A stretch of 64,000 nt of DNA, taken from NCBI GenBank assembly GCA_010909165.1, contig MU008193.1, forward strand, positions 62,001 to 126,000, given 5' to 3'. The DNA comes from Anthoceros angustus (lineage: Eukaryota > Plantae > Anthocerotophyta). Of the stretch, positions 1 through 13,650 are shown piece by piece. Positions within the stretch are counted from its first letter, which is position 1. Each line of letters starts with the position of its first letter. The notes below the pieces were generated by a model. The model saw nothing but the letters and a program-made list of their open reading frames with translations, was not told the origin of the DNA and made no database searches. Position numbers and translations under genes: made by a program.

Positions 1-2164
1 CCGGGTCTTCCGAGATTCTCCCACTCAGGGCCACACTTATCCCACTGCCGCCAGCGCTGGGTTTCGGCCCCATGAGACTTGTGTGAAAGTTCGAGGTCTT
101 GTGGATGACCGGTCGCCACTGCTGACACACTTTCATTCCTCTAAACAAGCAAGGCGCCTCTACTCCCTATTACGTTGCTTGCCCCACCGCACCGCTCGAA
201 AAATCACCAATCCTCGACCCACACGACACAACACAATTGTGTGTCCGCCTTAGCAATGAGGGAGCCTATCATCACGGCGGGACCCCGATCCACACCGATA
301 ACCGTCCCTACTTAAGACCACTCTTTCCACTCGGGGGAGCGCTTTTACTTGTGATTTGGGATCTGCCCCTTAGGCTCGCTCCCTGTGGCCTTCTAACGCC
401 TACAATCTATTCCTCTACTCATCTCCTCATCCTCCTATTCTAACCTCGGCTTATCGGGCTCGACCGCCCTTATGGCACAGGGGTGGCCCACCAACAAGTT
501 CTTCCTTGGGCTTGCTATGAGTTTGACACCAATGAGAACCTCTGGAGTCTTTCCTCAGAGTCTACCCTCGTCGAAAGTTCCCCAGCATTGCCACACACCC
601 AAAGCAAAGCAATTTCAAAGAACCATTCACAAGGGGAGCAACTCGTTAGGCGCCAGTGAGCAAGCCCTCCACCAGCACTCCGACCACCGCGACTTCCTCT
701 CTACCAGACTGCGTTGGCTCATGCGTAAATTCCTTTACAAGGGCAAAGGACTCATGAGTATGGAAGCAAGACGTGATACTTTACTTTGTGAAATCCTCCT
801 CCTCTTATAGGAGGCTTCCACATACAATTCCCTTAGGTGACTACCGCAGTCACCTTTCCAATATTCTTTTTATTTCCTACGCCAGATTTAATGCCCGGCA
901 CCTAAGTCCATTGTCCGATCCTTGGTAAATTCTATTCTAGTAACTTCACCTAAGATCATCTTAAAGGATGTCACCACACCACTTATCCTTTCTATTCTCC
1001 CACTCAAAGATTTATGGTCTTGACCATACCTAGTCCTCACCGGAATAGTGGCGGTCCTTGGTGGATTGGCTTCCTTGCCCTCTTTGCTCTCGCCCTTCCC
1101 AAATTCTGGTTGCCTTCCAAGGGCAAGTACAATTTTGCCCTTCCTCCGCGGGTGCCCGATTCCTCCATCATCCCAAGCAACCGCACTCGCGCCACTTGCC
1201 CTTCTTTCCAGCCTCACCGCCGCCTCCTTTTCCAAGGGCACCCTACGCGGTAGTCGGCGATCATCAGCCGACATCATCATGGTAGTCCGATCTTCATCTT
1301 CTTCTTCTCCCCATCTACGCTTGCCTCTTGGGTTGGAATCTTCCGTGCTCCTTTCCTCTGTTGATTTGTCCATACCTATCATGGAGCATTCAGATTTTCC
1401 TCCCCAATTGTCACGATTTCACTAATCCCTCCCTTTTGATCGCCTCCTTGGCTCGGCCCTTCCTCGCCTGGGTGAGGGAACTTCACCCTCCTTCTTCCTT
1501 AACGGACGGATCCCGCCTCTCCTGGTGGACCTCCCACCTCCTCTTCTATTCTGAGGGTGCCCCCCCGGCCCTTCCTCGCAGCCTGCTGACTCCCAGCCTC
1601 ACAACAAGTTGTTGCCCACCCCTAGTCCCGCATCACGCGTAGAGTTGTTCACCACGGGCAGACCACTGTGGTAGGTCACCTACCATGGTAGGGTGACTGA
1701 GGGCGAGGGCTGTCCCCTCCTGCTCCTCACGCCATCCTCGCCTCGGCCTTCTTTCTCCACCTTCCGACTCCCTAGACTGAGTCCATGTCACTGTAGCCCC
1801 GCCGGGTCTGAGGGCTTCCACCGCACTTGCCGCAGCCTCCTTCCCTGTCATCATCATGAGGACCTATTGTCCTCCCTTCACCAACTGTGAGAATCTCAAT
1901 GTTGGCCTTCAAAATCCCATTATGGAGGTGAGCCCCCAAGTTATGATACCGTGATTTGAGATCATCAACTCCGCGGGCCACTCTCCATCCTCACACCTAC
2001 CCCTTTAGGCGCCCTCATGCGTGGACCTTCTCCCACCTCGACATGGAGGGTCACATTCTCCTCCCTTGCTTCTTTCAACCGGGTTGGCCATCCTGCCTCA
2101 AGGTATCACCGCCCAAAATCTCCTTTTTCCTCACTACCAAAAGATCCCGGCACCACCTTCTTGT
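1..2164 (-). mobile_element. Degenerate L1-type LINE relic (ORF1-like region ~2160-900, APE endonuclease-like region ~850-1)
   Basis: The minus strand gives an APE-like motif GRSAGGGLAHW (~640-675). Bases 1-800 are clearly homologous to 50710-52000, which carries W-R-F-x-x-x-G-V and VSYHCRP (SDH-like) endonuclease motifs. Many stops and frameshifts. Confidence 0.45.
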
Positions 2165-2363
2165 AGTTAGAATTGCATGCGGAAGCGTCTTAAGCAAAGA
2201 TGCTATATTAACAATGAATCAAGTGTGTTCATAGGTGGGCTTTTATAGGTGGTCTCAAGGGTGTGTCCTTCGCTAGCCTAGCTAACTACCTATACTAACC
2301 GCCAGGTCTAGTGACTAACCATATTGGTACGTAACCAACGTGGTCTCGCTATTATTTCTAACT
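2165..2363 (-). repeat. 3' LTR of a 5'-truncated copia copy (AGTTAGAA...TTCTAACT)
   Basis: Near-identical to 4397-4595 and 14699-14900. It has 8-bp terminal inverted repeats, and a purine tract (GAGGGAG on minus, 2364-2370) lies immediately upstream. Confidence 0.9.
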
Positions 2364-3857
2364 CTCCCTCGACACGCTGCAGAGCTCAACTAAGAAAAGG
2401 AGGTCACTACTAAAAGAAACCGCCATGGCTACCATCTTCGGCTCGGTGTCACATCTTCTAGTCGCACTCCGACGCCGAGTCTGTCGTCGACAAAGAACTC
2501 ACGCAGAGAGCACCATCATGACCGAAAGGTACAAGTCTTCAACTTAAGTTATCTTCAGATGATGGAACAAACATGGAAAGCCTCACCAAATGAGTGATTT
2601 GTCTAGTCACATAGCTACTACAATCTACAAGTCCGAGCCCTTCTCTGTGGAAACAGTGTTTAAACTTCAGACTGTAACATCGGCCAGATTATCATCTCTG
2701 TTGACACATCAGATCTTCACTAAGCCCTCTCGAAAGATCTCTAACATAATGATGTTGAATCTCAATGTGCTTAGTGCGGGCGTGAAACATGTGGTTAGAA
2801 ACCGTATGTATGGTCGATATATTATCACATTGCGTAGGTCCCGCTTGTTGCATACCCAAGTCTGTGACAACTTCCTTTCCCACTGCCTCCTTAGTGGCTT
2901 CGTGAGAGCTTTGTACTCAATGTGGAAGATAAAGATATTGAGGCTTGTTTCCTACAAGACCAATTTACAGTGGAGCCATGAGGAAGCAATAAGCCGATAG
3001 ACTCTTCGGTGTCCGTGACGAAGCCCAACTGCATCGACATAGCAAGTCAATTGTAGACTCCTTTGCCACTAGGCTTGTAGCAGAGACCATAGTTAGAAGT
3101 ACCCTTGAGGTACCGTGATAATTCTTTTAAGTGCTACCCGTGATCCCTTCCTCGGGTTCTCGTGAGAATTGGGCAACGCATTAACAGATTAGATATGTCC
3201 GGTCTTGTCCATAAGAAACATGAGAGTGCCAACCGCCATACGATAAGGTACACTCTCCATTTTTCTCGCCGACTGTGGACAAGAAGATGAGGAGAGCTTA
3301 ACACCAACAAAGACTGGAGTGGTAGCCGCGTGCATTCTCCAAGTTGAACCTCTTGAGCATCCCGCCACATATCGACCTTGATGAAGGTAGATTGCTCCAA
3401 AGTGGACCTTTGTGTACGTGCATTCCAAGAATGTATTTAACTTGACCCGATCTTTCATTTCAAACTCCTTGCCGAGATCGCCTTGATCCGTTAACCAACT
3501 CCACATTGTTACCGGGATAACTAAGTCATCCACGATAACGCTATCAAAACAAGTGAGCTGTCCTTTGTAGCACATACAGTTAGTATCGCTTCGCTTTGCA
3601 CGAAGCCAATCTTCTTAAGATAAGAGTCAATTCTCTTGTACACGAGGACTTTGTTTGAGCCCATAAATAGAACGAAGGAGTTTACACACCTTGTGAATCT
3701 CTTATCCTCATAATCCTCGTTGATCCATGTAGATCTCTTCTTCCAAGTGACCATAGAGGAAAGTCGCATAAACGTCCAAATGATAGATGTCCAAGCAAGA
3801 CATAAAGCAAGGAGCATCCTTACGTGTGAGTAGACTTGATCGCCTTGATAGTCGATT
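2165..3857 (-). mobile_element. 5'-truncated Ty1/copia element (RT, RNase H, 3' UTR, PPT, LTR), frameshifted
   Basis: Fragments include YHLDVYATFLYGHLEEEIYMDQ, ESVPYRMAVGTLMFLM and FHARTKHIEIQHHYVRD. The sequence duplicates 4597-6118 and joins gypsy integrase sequence at ~3857. Confidence 0.85.
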
Positions 3858-4396
3858 GGGCTTGGCGTTTTGGGTTCCATGGGCAAACCGACGAGCCTCT
3901 GCGAATTTGGACACGTTGGGTGAGAAAATCGACAAGCGAGGGACACAAGCAGCAGAAGGCAAGGAAGCAGAAAGCAACGTGCGAGGGTGAAAACCTTTGT
4001 TGAACAAGAATGGAGTAACTCGGGTTGACGCGTTAGGGGCATTGTTGTAGGCAAACTCAACGAGGTGGAGAAAGTCCAGCCACCGAGTTTGGTGCACACC
4101 TGCATAAGCACGGAGTATATCCTCTAAAACTTGATTAGCTCGCTCCATAGCACCATCCGTCTAAGGATAAAAGGCAGTAGAGATACAGGGCTTGGTGCCA
4201 AGAGATGAACCGCTTGCCGGGCGGACGTAAACTGAATCATGATCGCTCACAAGAGAGCGAGGGAGGCCATGGGCACGATAAACCACTTTCGAATAAGTCA
4301 GCAGTTTGTTCAGTAGAGCATGTCTCAGTAGTGGAGGCAAGGAGCACTTGATGAGTAAGCTTATTCGTGAAGACCAGCAACGCATCAAAGCCAGTA
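3858..4396 (-). mobile_element. Ty3/gypsy integrase relic, core/C-terminal part
   Basis: Reads ERANQVLEDILRAY...LHLVEFAYNNAPNASTRVTPF...GFHP and GLPRSLVSDHDSV. It continues in frame from 14901 across the copia insertion (PRNAT|GFDALLVF). Confidence 0.85.
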
Positions 4397-4595
4397 AGTT
4401 AGAATTGCATGCGGAAGCGTCTTAAGCAAAGATGCTATATTAACAATGAATTAAGTGTGTTCATAGGTGGGCTTTTATAGGTGGTCTCGTAAGGGGTGTG
4501 TCCTTTCGCTAGCCTAGCTAACTACCTATACTAACCGCAGGTCTATGACTAACCATATTGGTACGTAACCAACGTGGTCCGCTATTATTTCTAAC
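4397..4595 (-). repeat. 3' LTR (~199 bp)
   Basis: Starts AGTTAGAA on plus and ends TTCTAAC (one T missing relative to the other copies). It is preceded on minus by the purine tract GCGAGGAGGGAG. Confidence 0.9.
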
Positions 4596-4799
4596 CTCCC
4601 TCCTCGCACGCTGCTGAGAGCTCCGAACTAAGAAAAGGAGGTCACTACTAAAAGAACCGCCATCAAGGCTACCATCTTCGGCTCGGGTCACATCTTCTAG
4701 TCGCACTGCCGACGCCGAGTCTGCCGTCGACAAAGAACTCACGCAGAGAGCACCACCATGACCGAGCAAGTCTTCAACTTAAGTTATCTTCAGATGATG

Positions 4800-7700
4800 G
4801 AACAAACATGGAAAGCCTCACCAAATGAGTGATTTGTCTAGCGCCACATAGCTACTACAATCTACAAGTCCGAGCCCTTCTCGTGGAAACAATGTTTAAA
4901 CTTGGGCGAGACTTCCGTAACATCTCAGATTATCATCTCTTGATACACATCGATCTTCACTAAGCCCTCTCGAGCATCTCTAACATAATGATGTTGAATC
5001 TCAATGTGCTTAGTGCGGCGTGAAACTGTGGTTAGAAACTGTATGATGATACATATTATCACGAATAAGCGAGGTCCCGCTTGTTGCATACCCAAGTCGT
5101 GACATAACTTCCTTTCCCACTGCCTCCTTAGTGGCTTCGTGAGAGCTTTGTAATTCGTGGAAGATAAAGATATTGAGGCTTGTTTCCTACAAGACCAATT
5201 TACAACAAAGGAGCCATGAGGAAGCAATAAGCCGATAGACTCTTTCGTGTCTGATCGAAGCCCAACTGCATCGACATAGCAAGTCAATTGTAGACTCCTT
5301 TGCCACTAGGCTTGTAGAGACCATAGTTAGAAGTACCCTTGAGGTACCGTGATAATTCTTTAAGTGCTACCCATGATCCCTTCCTCGGTTCTCGTGAGAA
5401 TTGGGCAACCGTGCATTAAGATTAGATATGTCCGGTCTTGTCCAGCTAAGAAACATGAGAGTGCCAACCGCCATACGATAAGGTACACTCTCCATTTCCT
5501 TTTCTCTTCGCGTGGACAAGAAGATGAGGAGAGCTTAACACCAACAAGACCGGAGTGGTAGCCGCATTCTCCAAGTTGAACCTCTTGAGCATCCCGGCTA
5601 CATATCGACCTTGATGAAGGTAGATTGCTCCAAAGTGGACTCTTTGTGTAATGCATTCCAAGAATGTATTTAACTTGACCCGATCTTTCATTTCAAACTC
5701 CTTGCCGAGATCGCCTTGATCCGTTAACCAACTCCACATTGTTACCGGGATAACTAAGTCATCCACGATAACGCTATCAAAACAAGTGAGCTGTCCTTTG
5801 TAGCACATACAGTTAGTATCCGCTTCGCTTTGCACGAAGCCAATCTTCTTAAGATAAGAGTCAATTCTCTTGTACCACAATGAGGACTTTGTTTGAGCCC
5901 ATAAATAGAACGAAGGAGTTTACACACCTTGTGCGGAATCTCTTATCCTCATAATCCTCGTTGATCCATGTAGATCTCTTCTTCCAAGTGACCATAGAGG
6001 AAAGTCGCATAAACGTCCAAATGATAGATGTCCAAGTTAAGTTCAAGACATAAAGCAAGGAGCATCCTTATCGTGCTTTGACGATGTGTGAGTAGACTTG
6101 ATCGCCTTGATAGTCGACTCCCTCTTCTCGACTATAGCCCTTGGCCACTAGCCTCGCTTTATAACGTATGCGGGCTCAACCTCTTGAAACTTGGTTTTGA
6201 GTACCCACTTGCACTTGACAAGAGTCCTTCCGGGGTAGATCCACTAACGCCCAAGTGTTATTCTTGACTAAAGAGTTATACTCATCGTCAACAGCCGCCA
6301 CTTGTTAGACTCAGTCTAGCATATGCTTCTTGAAGTGTGAGAGGATCTCCTCCTCAAACAATGTAACTCATAGCAAGAGAATAGGCGGCCGGATCAAGAT
6401 CAAGATAACCAGCTTGATTGAACTCCAAGTCAAATGGCTTCTCATTCCGAGGTGTCTTGGTAGTCTCGACGCGTAGGGTACCCACGCTGTGAACAACGAC
6501 TGTGTCTCGGGGTGATGGAGGCGGTAAAGGAATGTCTGAGCCTCTCCAAAGCATGTATGTCCCCAAATCCAGAGGCAATCGTCCTTGTGCATCATCCATG
6601 GGCCGATCATATTCTCTCGAAAGGTGAACCGGAAGAACCGGAATCGCTTGAGGTAAAGGAGCCATGAGGAAGCAATAAGCCGATAGACTCTTTCGTGTCT
6701 CATCGGAAGCCCAACTGCATCGACATAGCAAGTCAATTGTAGACTCCTTTGCCACTAGGCTTGTAGCAGACCATAGTTAGAAGTACCCTTGAGGTACCGC
6801 ATAATTCTTTAAGTGCTACCTGATCCCTTCCGGTTCTCGAGAATTGGGCAACCGCATTAAAGATTAGATATGTCCGGTCTTGTCCATTGTTAAGAAACAT
6901 GAGAGTGCCAACCGCCATACGATAAGGTACACTCTCCATTTCCTTTTTCTCACGATCGTGGACAAGAAGATGAGGAGAGCTTAACACCAACAAAGACTGG
7001 AGTGGTAGCTGCATTCTCCAAGTTGAACCTCTTGAGCATCCCTACATATCGACCTTGATGAAGGTAGATTGCTCCAAAGTGGACTGCTCTTTGTGTACGT
7101 GCATTCCAAGAATGTATTTAACTTGACCCGGATCTTTCATTTCAAACTCCTTCGAGATCACCTTGATCCGTTAACCAACTCCACATTGTTACCGGGATAA
7201 CTAAGTCATCCACGATAACGCTATCAAAACAAGTGAGCTGTCCTTTGTAGCACATACAGTTAGTATCTCGCTTCGCTTTGCACGAAGCCAATCTTCTTAA
7301 GATAAGAGTCAATTCTCTACCGAGGACTTTGTTTGAGCCCATAAATAGAACGAAGGAGTTTACACACCTTGTGAATCTCTTATCCTCATAATCCTCGTTG
7401 ATCCATGTAGATCTCTTCTTCCAAGTGACCATAGAGGAAAGTCGTATAAACGTCCAAATTGATAGATGTCCAAGTTAAGTTCAAGACATAAAGCAAGGAG
7501 CATCCTTATCGTGCTTTGACGATGTGTGAGTAGACTTGATCGCCTTGATAGTCGACTCCCTCTTCTCGACTATAGCCCTTGGCCACTAGCCTCGCTTTAT
7601 AACGTATGCGGGCTCAACCTCTTGAAACTTGGTTTTGAGTACCCACTTGCACTTGACAAGAGTCCTTCCGGGGTAGATCCACTAACGCCCAAGTGTTATT

Positions 7701-10395
7701 CTTGACTAAAGAGTTATACTCATCGTCAACAGCCGCCACTTGTTAGACTCAGTCTAGCATATGCTTCTTGAAGTGTGAGAGGATCTCCTCCTCAAACAAC
7801 AGTAACTCATAGCAAGAGAATAGGCGGATCAAGATCAAGATAACCAGCTTGATTGAACTCCAAGTCAAATGGCTTCTCATTCCGAGGTGTCTTGGTAGTC
7901 TCGACGCGTAGGGTACCCACGCTGTGAACAACGACTTGTGTCTCGGGGTGATGGAGGCGGTAAGGAATGTCCGGAGCCGCTCCAAAGATGTATGTCCCCA
8001 AATCCAGAGGCAATCGTCCTTGTGCATCATCCATGGGCCGATCATATTCTCTCGAAAGGTGAACCCAAGAACCGGAATCGCTTGAGGTAAAGGAGCCATG
8101 GCAGACACAGCAGGAAAAGACGAAGGGCTTAAATCAAAGTGAATGTAAATGTCGCCAGAGAGCGGGACTATTGGGGATAGAAGCGCATCATCATCCTCAT
8201 CCAAAAGCGGACCAGGAGGAGAGAATGCTAGCCTGCCGAAAGTGACAAAGCATAAACAGAGTCCGAGTAGCCACGCCAATCAACTTGTACGCCTTGCGAT
8301 CCTCACCATAACCACAAACACCACCGTGTTCGGAAGAAAGCTTATCACGGAGCGAGGGACATAGGCATGCGTGAGAGCCAAAGACGCGCAAATGGGTGAT
8401 CAACGGCTTGTACCCATGCCAAGACCAAAGGAGTACGGCCAACAACGGACTTGGTCAAGAACTGCTTTGATGTATGTCGCCAGAGAGCCCAAAAAGACTT
8501 AGGACTGGCTAACATAGCTCGCGCCATGGCCATGAGATCGCCATTGGCCTTCTCAAGAACGCCATTCGCGTAAGTGTAGGGAACAGAATTGTCTCAAGAT
8601 CCCACGCCTCATGAGTCTTTGAATCGATGGTTGCTGAGTTCTCCCGCATTGTCGGATCCGATGCACCGTAGCTTGCATCCGGCAACTCGCCATAGAAACA
8701 AAAGGTGAGAACACAAAGAAAGGAGTCACTCTTGAGACGAAGCACGCAAAAGAGTAGCGGAATAATCATCCACTATCGCTATAAAATGGCGTGCTCCGCC
8801 TAAAGAAGTAACAGTGAGAGGTCCACACAAGTCTACGTGAACTAACTCCAAAGGCCGAGAAGCCCTATGAGTGTGAAGAGAGTAGGAGAGCCCCCATGGC
8901 ACACACGCTCACAAAGAGGTGGTGTCTTGGCCAAGGAGGGCAACTTATCTCGATACAAGTCCCGAGTCATGGCAAGGAGCTTGGTGATTGAGGTGCCCAA
9001 GTCGATACAAAGTAGGGCATTCCTGATGGAGGGAGCCTGTGGTGAGACAACCTTAGAAGATGCTACCACCGCAAGAAGTGTACACAGGGGTGCCGTGAAG
9101 ATGTAGAGATCATCGCGGGCTGCCTCGCTACAACTGTTTGGCCGAGAGGAACGATAGAGAAAACAATCCTCACGTCCAAACTCCACCAAAAGCTCCATCT
9201 AGCGGTTGGCGAACGGAATCAAATTCTTAGCCATCCGCGGACGTGGAGCACACTATTTAGCACAAGGGAGGAACCATCCTCCAAAGGTGAATGTCACGAA
9301 CCAACTCCAAAGAATAGCAAGGCCGAGTCATCGCCCAACAAAGACAAAACGTGGAGTGTCATTGTCGCTGTAGGAAGTAAACATGTGCTTGAGCTGCAGA
9401 TATGGGCAAGGTCATGAGTCCAAAGAACTGTGAGGTCCGAACTCAAGCTACCAAGCACACTAAAGCAATCTCGCATTTGACCGGTTCTTGGCCTTGGAGA
9501 CGATAGTCAGATTAGCGCCTTGATCTCACGCTTGGCCTCACCGCCTCGCTTCTTCCTGCACTCGGCCTCCCAAAGGTCGGTGATCGACACCAATTGCACG
9601 TCCCTTGACGTTTTGCAGGCTTGGAGGAGGAAGAGGCAGAAAGAGCAGCCTTTGATGGGCCGGAGTTGTTGTTTCTCCGGGGGTTATTCCCTCTCTTCTG
9701 TTGTTGATTTTGTGACCGTCCTCGAGTCACAAACATCACTCGCTCTCCACCATGTTTAGATGTGCCGGAGTTGAAGCGGGATGCCTCCTCCTGAAGGAGT
9801 GCGCCAGCAAGCTCGATACGCTTAGGTGGATTGTCCACCACCGCCATCGCCAGAAGTCCGGACCGACTGGTTTTGGGAAGAGACGAACGACTGATAACTA
9901 GCCGGAAGGCTAGCCAGAAGCTGGACAGCAGCATCAAATTCAGACATTGTAGTCCCGAGTGCAGCCAATTGTGCCCAAGGTACCGAATCGGCTCACGTGA
10001 TGGGCAATACTATCACCTTGTTGCATCCGAAGAGTGTAAAACTCTTGTCGACGGTGACCAAGGTCATCACATTCGTTGATCGATAGATGTCATTGATCCG
10101 CTTCCAAGCCTCGCTGAAGTAGACGCACCGCTTGCAGTGATGCAAGGTGGTTTCCAAGGCCGAAACCAGCATTTGCATGGCTTGACGATCCAACTTGAGC
10201 CACGATCAATCGCCGATCGAGGTGCGGTAGGCTTTGGGAAACACCTCCACCGGGGAGAAGATCGCGTGTTGAGAGCCGTTTTCATCCGTCGAGACCAAAT
10301 CTCATATTTGGTCCCGTTGAACCTATCTCTCTCTTTGAAGTCAGAGACGCTCATAACATTAATTACGAGCCGAGATGGCGGAGGTGGCGGTGGGG
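4800..10395 (-). pseudogene. Copia gag-pol (gag B, protease, GAG-pre-integrase, integrase, RT, RNase H) with many frameshifts
   Basis: Fragments include KERDRFNGTKYEIWSRRMKTALN, RPLELVHVDLCGPL, HLRVFGSHA, YKLIGVATRTL and RTKHIEIQHHYVRD. Confidence 0.85.
5207..8100 (-). repeat. Tandem duplication (~1.44 kb unit) of the linker-RT segment
   Basis: Copies at ~5207-6654 and ~6655-8100. The 12-bp microhomology AAAGGAGCCATG occurs at 5207, at the 6655 junction and at 8089. Confidence 0.85.
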
Positions 10396-11857
10396 TGGAG
10401 TTCCTCGACATGGAAACAAAAGGTGAGAACAAAGAAAGGAGTCACTCTTGAGACGAAGCGGCACGCAAAAGAGTAGGAATAATCATCCACTATCCATAAA
10501 ATGGCGTGCTCCGCCTAAAGAAGTCAGGAGAGGTCCACACAAGTCTACGTGAACTAACTCCAAAGGCCGAGAAGCCCTATGAGGGAAGACCAGAGTAGGA
10601 GAGCTCACGCAAGCACACACGCTCACAAAGAGGTGGTGTCTTGGTAGTCTCGACGCGTGGGAAGAGAGCCCAAAAACCACGTCCAAACGTCCTCACGTCC
10701 AAACTCCGAAAAGCTCCATCTAGCGGTTGGCGAACGGAATCAAATTCTTAGCCATCCGCGACGTGGAGCACACTATTGAGCACAAGGGAGGAACCATCCT
10801 CCGGTGTGAATGTCACGGAACCAACTCCACATTGTTACCGGGATAACTAAGTCATCCACGTATAACGCTATCAAAACAAGTGAGCTGTCCTTTTGTAGCA
10901 CTGAGTTAGTATCTCTGCCGCTTTGCACGAAGCCAATCTTCTTAAGATAAGAGTCAATTCTCTTGTACCACAATGAGGACTTTGTTTGAGCCCATAAATA
11001 GAACGAAGGAGTTTACACACCTTGTGCGGAATCTCTTATCCTCATAATCCTCGGGTTGATCCATGTAGATCTCTTCTTCCAAGTGACCATAGAGGAAAGG
11101 CGGCCGCGTCCGGTGATAGATGTCCAAGTTAAGTTCAAGACATAAAGCAAGGAGCATCCTTATCGACCTTTGACGGTGAGTAGACTTGATCGCCTTGATA
11201 GTCGACTCCTCTTTCGACTATAGCCCTTGGCCACTAGCCTCGCTTTATAACGTGTAACGGGGCTCAACCTCTTGAAACTTGGTTTTGAGTACCCACTTGC
11301 ACGGTAGTCCTTCACGGGGTAGATCCACTAACGCCCAAGTGTTATTCTTGACTAAAGAGTTATACTCATCGTCAACAGCCAATTTCCACTTGTTAGCCTC
11401 AGGTCTAGCATATGCTTCATGAAGTGTGAGAGGATCTCCCTCTGAAACAGCAGAACTCATAGCAAAAGAATAGGCAGCTGGATCAAGATCAGTATAACCA
11501 GCTTGATTGAACTCCAAGTCAAATGGCTTCTCATTCCAGAGGTGTCTTGGTAGTCTCTGACGCGTAGGAAGAGAGCCCGAAAAACAGCCACGTCCAAACG
11601 TCCTCACGTCCAAACTCCAGCCGAAAAGCTCCATCTAGCAGAAGTTGGCGAACGGAAATCAAATTCTTAGCCATCTGCGGGACGTGGAGCACACTATTGA
11701 GCACAAGGAGGAACCATCCTCCGGTGTAGAAGATCACGGAACCAACTCGATAGCAAGGCGAGTCATCGCCAGACGGGTCGGTAACAGTGTGCGGTGGGCG
11801 ATGGCAGCATGAGTCCGGCAACGGAGGTCACGAACTCGAAGCTACCAAGCACCGCAG

Positions 11858-12829
11858 TTAAAGCAATCTCGAGACTTGGCGGTTCTTGGCCTTGGAGGCG
11901 ATAGGCGTAATGGCAGATCTTGATCTCACGCTTGGCCTCACCGGCCTTCTTCCTGCTCGCGCTCGGTGGCGGGTGGCCCGGCACCGCGTCCCTTGGCGTT
12001 TTGCAGGCTTGGAGGAGGAAGAGGCAGAAGGAGCAGCCTTTGATGGGCCGGAGTTGTTGTTTCTCCGGGGGTTATTCCCTCTCTTCTGTTGTTGATTTTG
12101 TGACCGTCCTCGAGTCACAAACATCACTCGCTCTCCACCATGTTTAGATGTGCCGGAGTTGAAGCGGGATGCCTCCTCCTGAAGGAGTGCGCCAGCAAGC
12201 TCGGACACAGTTAGGGTGGATTGTCCACCAGCCGCCACTGCTCGTTGTGAAGTCCGGACCGACTGGTTTTGGGAAGAGACGAACGACTGATAACTAGCCG
12301 GAAGGCTAGCCAGAAGCTGGACAGCAGCATCAAATTCAGACATTGTAGTCCCGAGTGCAGCCAATTGTGCCCGAAGGTACCTGAATCGGCTCACGTGATG
12401 GGCAATACTATCACCTTGTTGCATCCGAAGAGTGTAAAACTCTTGTCGGACGGTGACCAAGGTCATCACATTCGTTGACTGATAGATGTCATTGATCTGC
12501 TTCCAAGCCTCTGCTGAAGTAGACGCACCGTCGGTGTGATGCAAGGTGGTTTCGTCAAGGCCAGAAACCAGCATTTGCATGGCTTGACGATCCAACTTGA
12601 GCCACGCATCAATCGCCGACTGAGGTGCGGTAGGCTTTGGGGAAACACCCTCCACCAGTGGGAGAAGATCGCACGTGTTGAGAGCCGTCTTCATCCGTCG
12701 AGACCAAATCTCATATTTGGTCCCGTTGAACCTATCTCTCTCTTTGAAGTCAGTAGAGACGTTCATAACATTAATTACAGGAGCCAGAGATGGCGGAGGT
12801 GGCGGTGGGGGTGGAGTTCCTCCTGACAT
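11858..12829 (-). CDS. Copia Gag (UBN2/retrotran_gag_2-type), longest intact retroelement ORF
   Basis: MSGGTPPPPPPP...DRFNGTKYEIWSRRMK...AWKQINDIY...LRMQQGDSIAHHVSRF...LLASLPASYQSFV. The zinc-knuckle region is frameshifted; copy B retains CNWC at ~9590. Confidence 0.85.
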   Translation of the reverse strand: MSGGTPPPPPPPPSLAPVINVMNVSTDFKERDRFNGTKYEIWSRRMKTALNTCDLLPLVEGVSPKPTAPQSAIDAWLKLDRQAMQMLVSGLDETTLHHTDGASTSAEAWKQINDIYQSTNVMTLVTVRQEFYTLRMQQGDSIAHHVSRFRYLRAQLAALGTTMSEFDAAVQLLASLPASYQSFVSSQNQSVRTSQRAVAAGGQSTLTVSELAGALLQEEASRFNSGTSKHGGERVMFVTRGRSQNQQQKRGNNPRRNNNSGPSKAAPSASSSSKPAKRQGTRCRATRHRARAGRRPVRPSVRSRSAITPIASKAKNRQVSRLL

Positions 12830-13444
12830 GGTCAAATCCTTGGCTCCACAATTGTGTAAACGAGCAGCGTGTTGTGACACAAGGCTCAGAAAAACACAAG
12901 TGTAGTGTGAGCAAAAATTTTTCCAGGAGAGTTCAAAGCAAACACACTCACACCAGCCACCTACAACGCATCAGCCGGATCCTGTGCTCCAAAATTGTTT
13001 TCCAGAGCACTCGCCCTATCAAAGATGGACTCAATGCGTCGAACAGTTTGACAACATTCACAAGATTAGTCTTGATGTGGGTGATCGCCAAAGATTTTGA
13101 TAATGGAAGGCGTTGCTCGTGAGCTCGGCTTGGGCCTCGTTGTACTTGAACTCCTTGTAGGCGCTTCCAAAGTCTCGAAGTGGAGAGGACGATCTTGGTT
13201 CCTCACGACATTGTGATGACTTGGCGATTGTGATGACGATCCGGTGTTGAAATCGTGTGTAGGAGGCACACTTTGCATAGCCAAGAGCCGTCGGAGGTGA
13301 GAAGGATCGCCACCAAAATCGCCACTAATTTGCTGGAAAAGAGCCCGAAAAACAATTAACAGGAGCGAAAGAAAAAACAGAACCGGTAGCCCCGTTGGAG
13401 GTGACGGGTCACGCCTGTCATGAGCGCACGCTGCCCGCTGAACG

Positions 13445-13650
13445 GGCGCCCCGTTAACCGAGCGGGTGGCAGCCCGTCGGGCACCGCCGCGAGCGGCGCC
13501 CAATTTAAGGGCACCGCCGTGGCGGGCCCGGCCCGCGGCGGTTGCCCAACAAGTTGGGCACCGCCGCGAGCGGCCCGCGGCGGGCGCCCAATTTAAGGGC
13601 ACCGCCGCGGCGGGCGCCCAATTTAAGGGCACCGCCGCGAGCGCGCTCAC
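13445..13650. repeat. GC-rich repeat and palindrome cluster inside the retroelement 5' region
   Basis: GCGCCCAATTTAAGGGCACCGCCG occurs three times, plus the imperfect palindrome GCGGCGGTTGCCCAAC-AA-GTTGGGCACCGCCGC. Confidence 0.8.
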
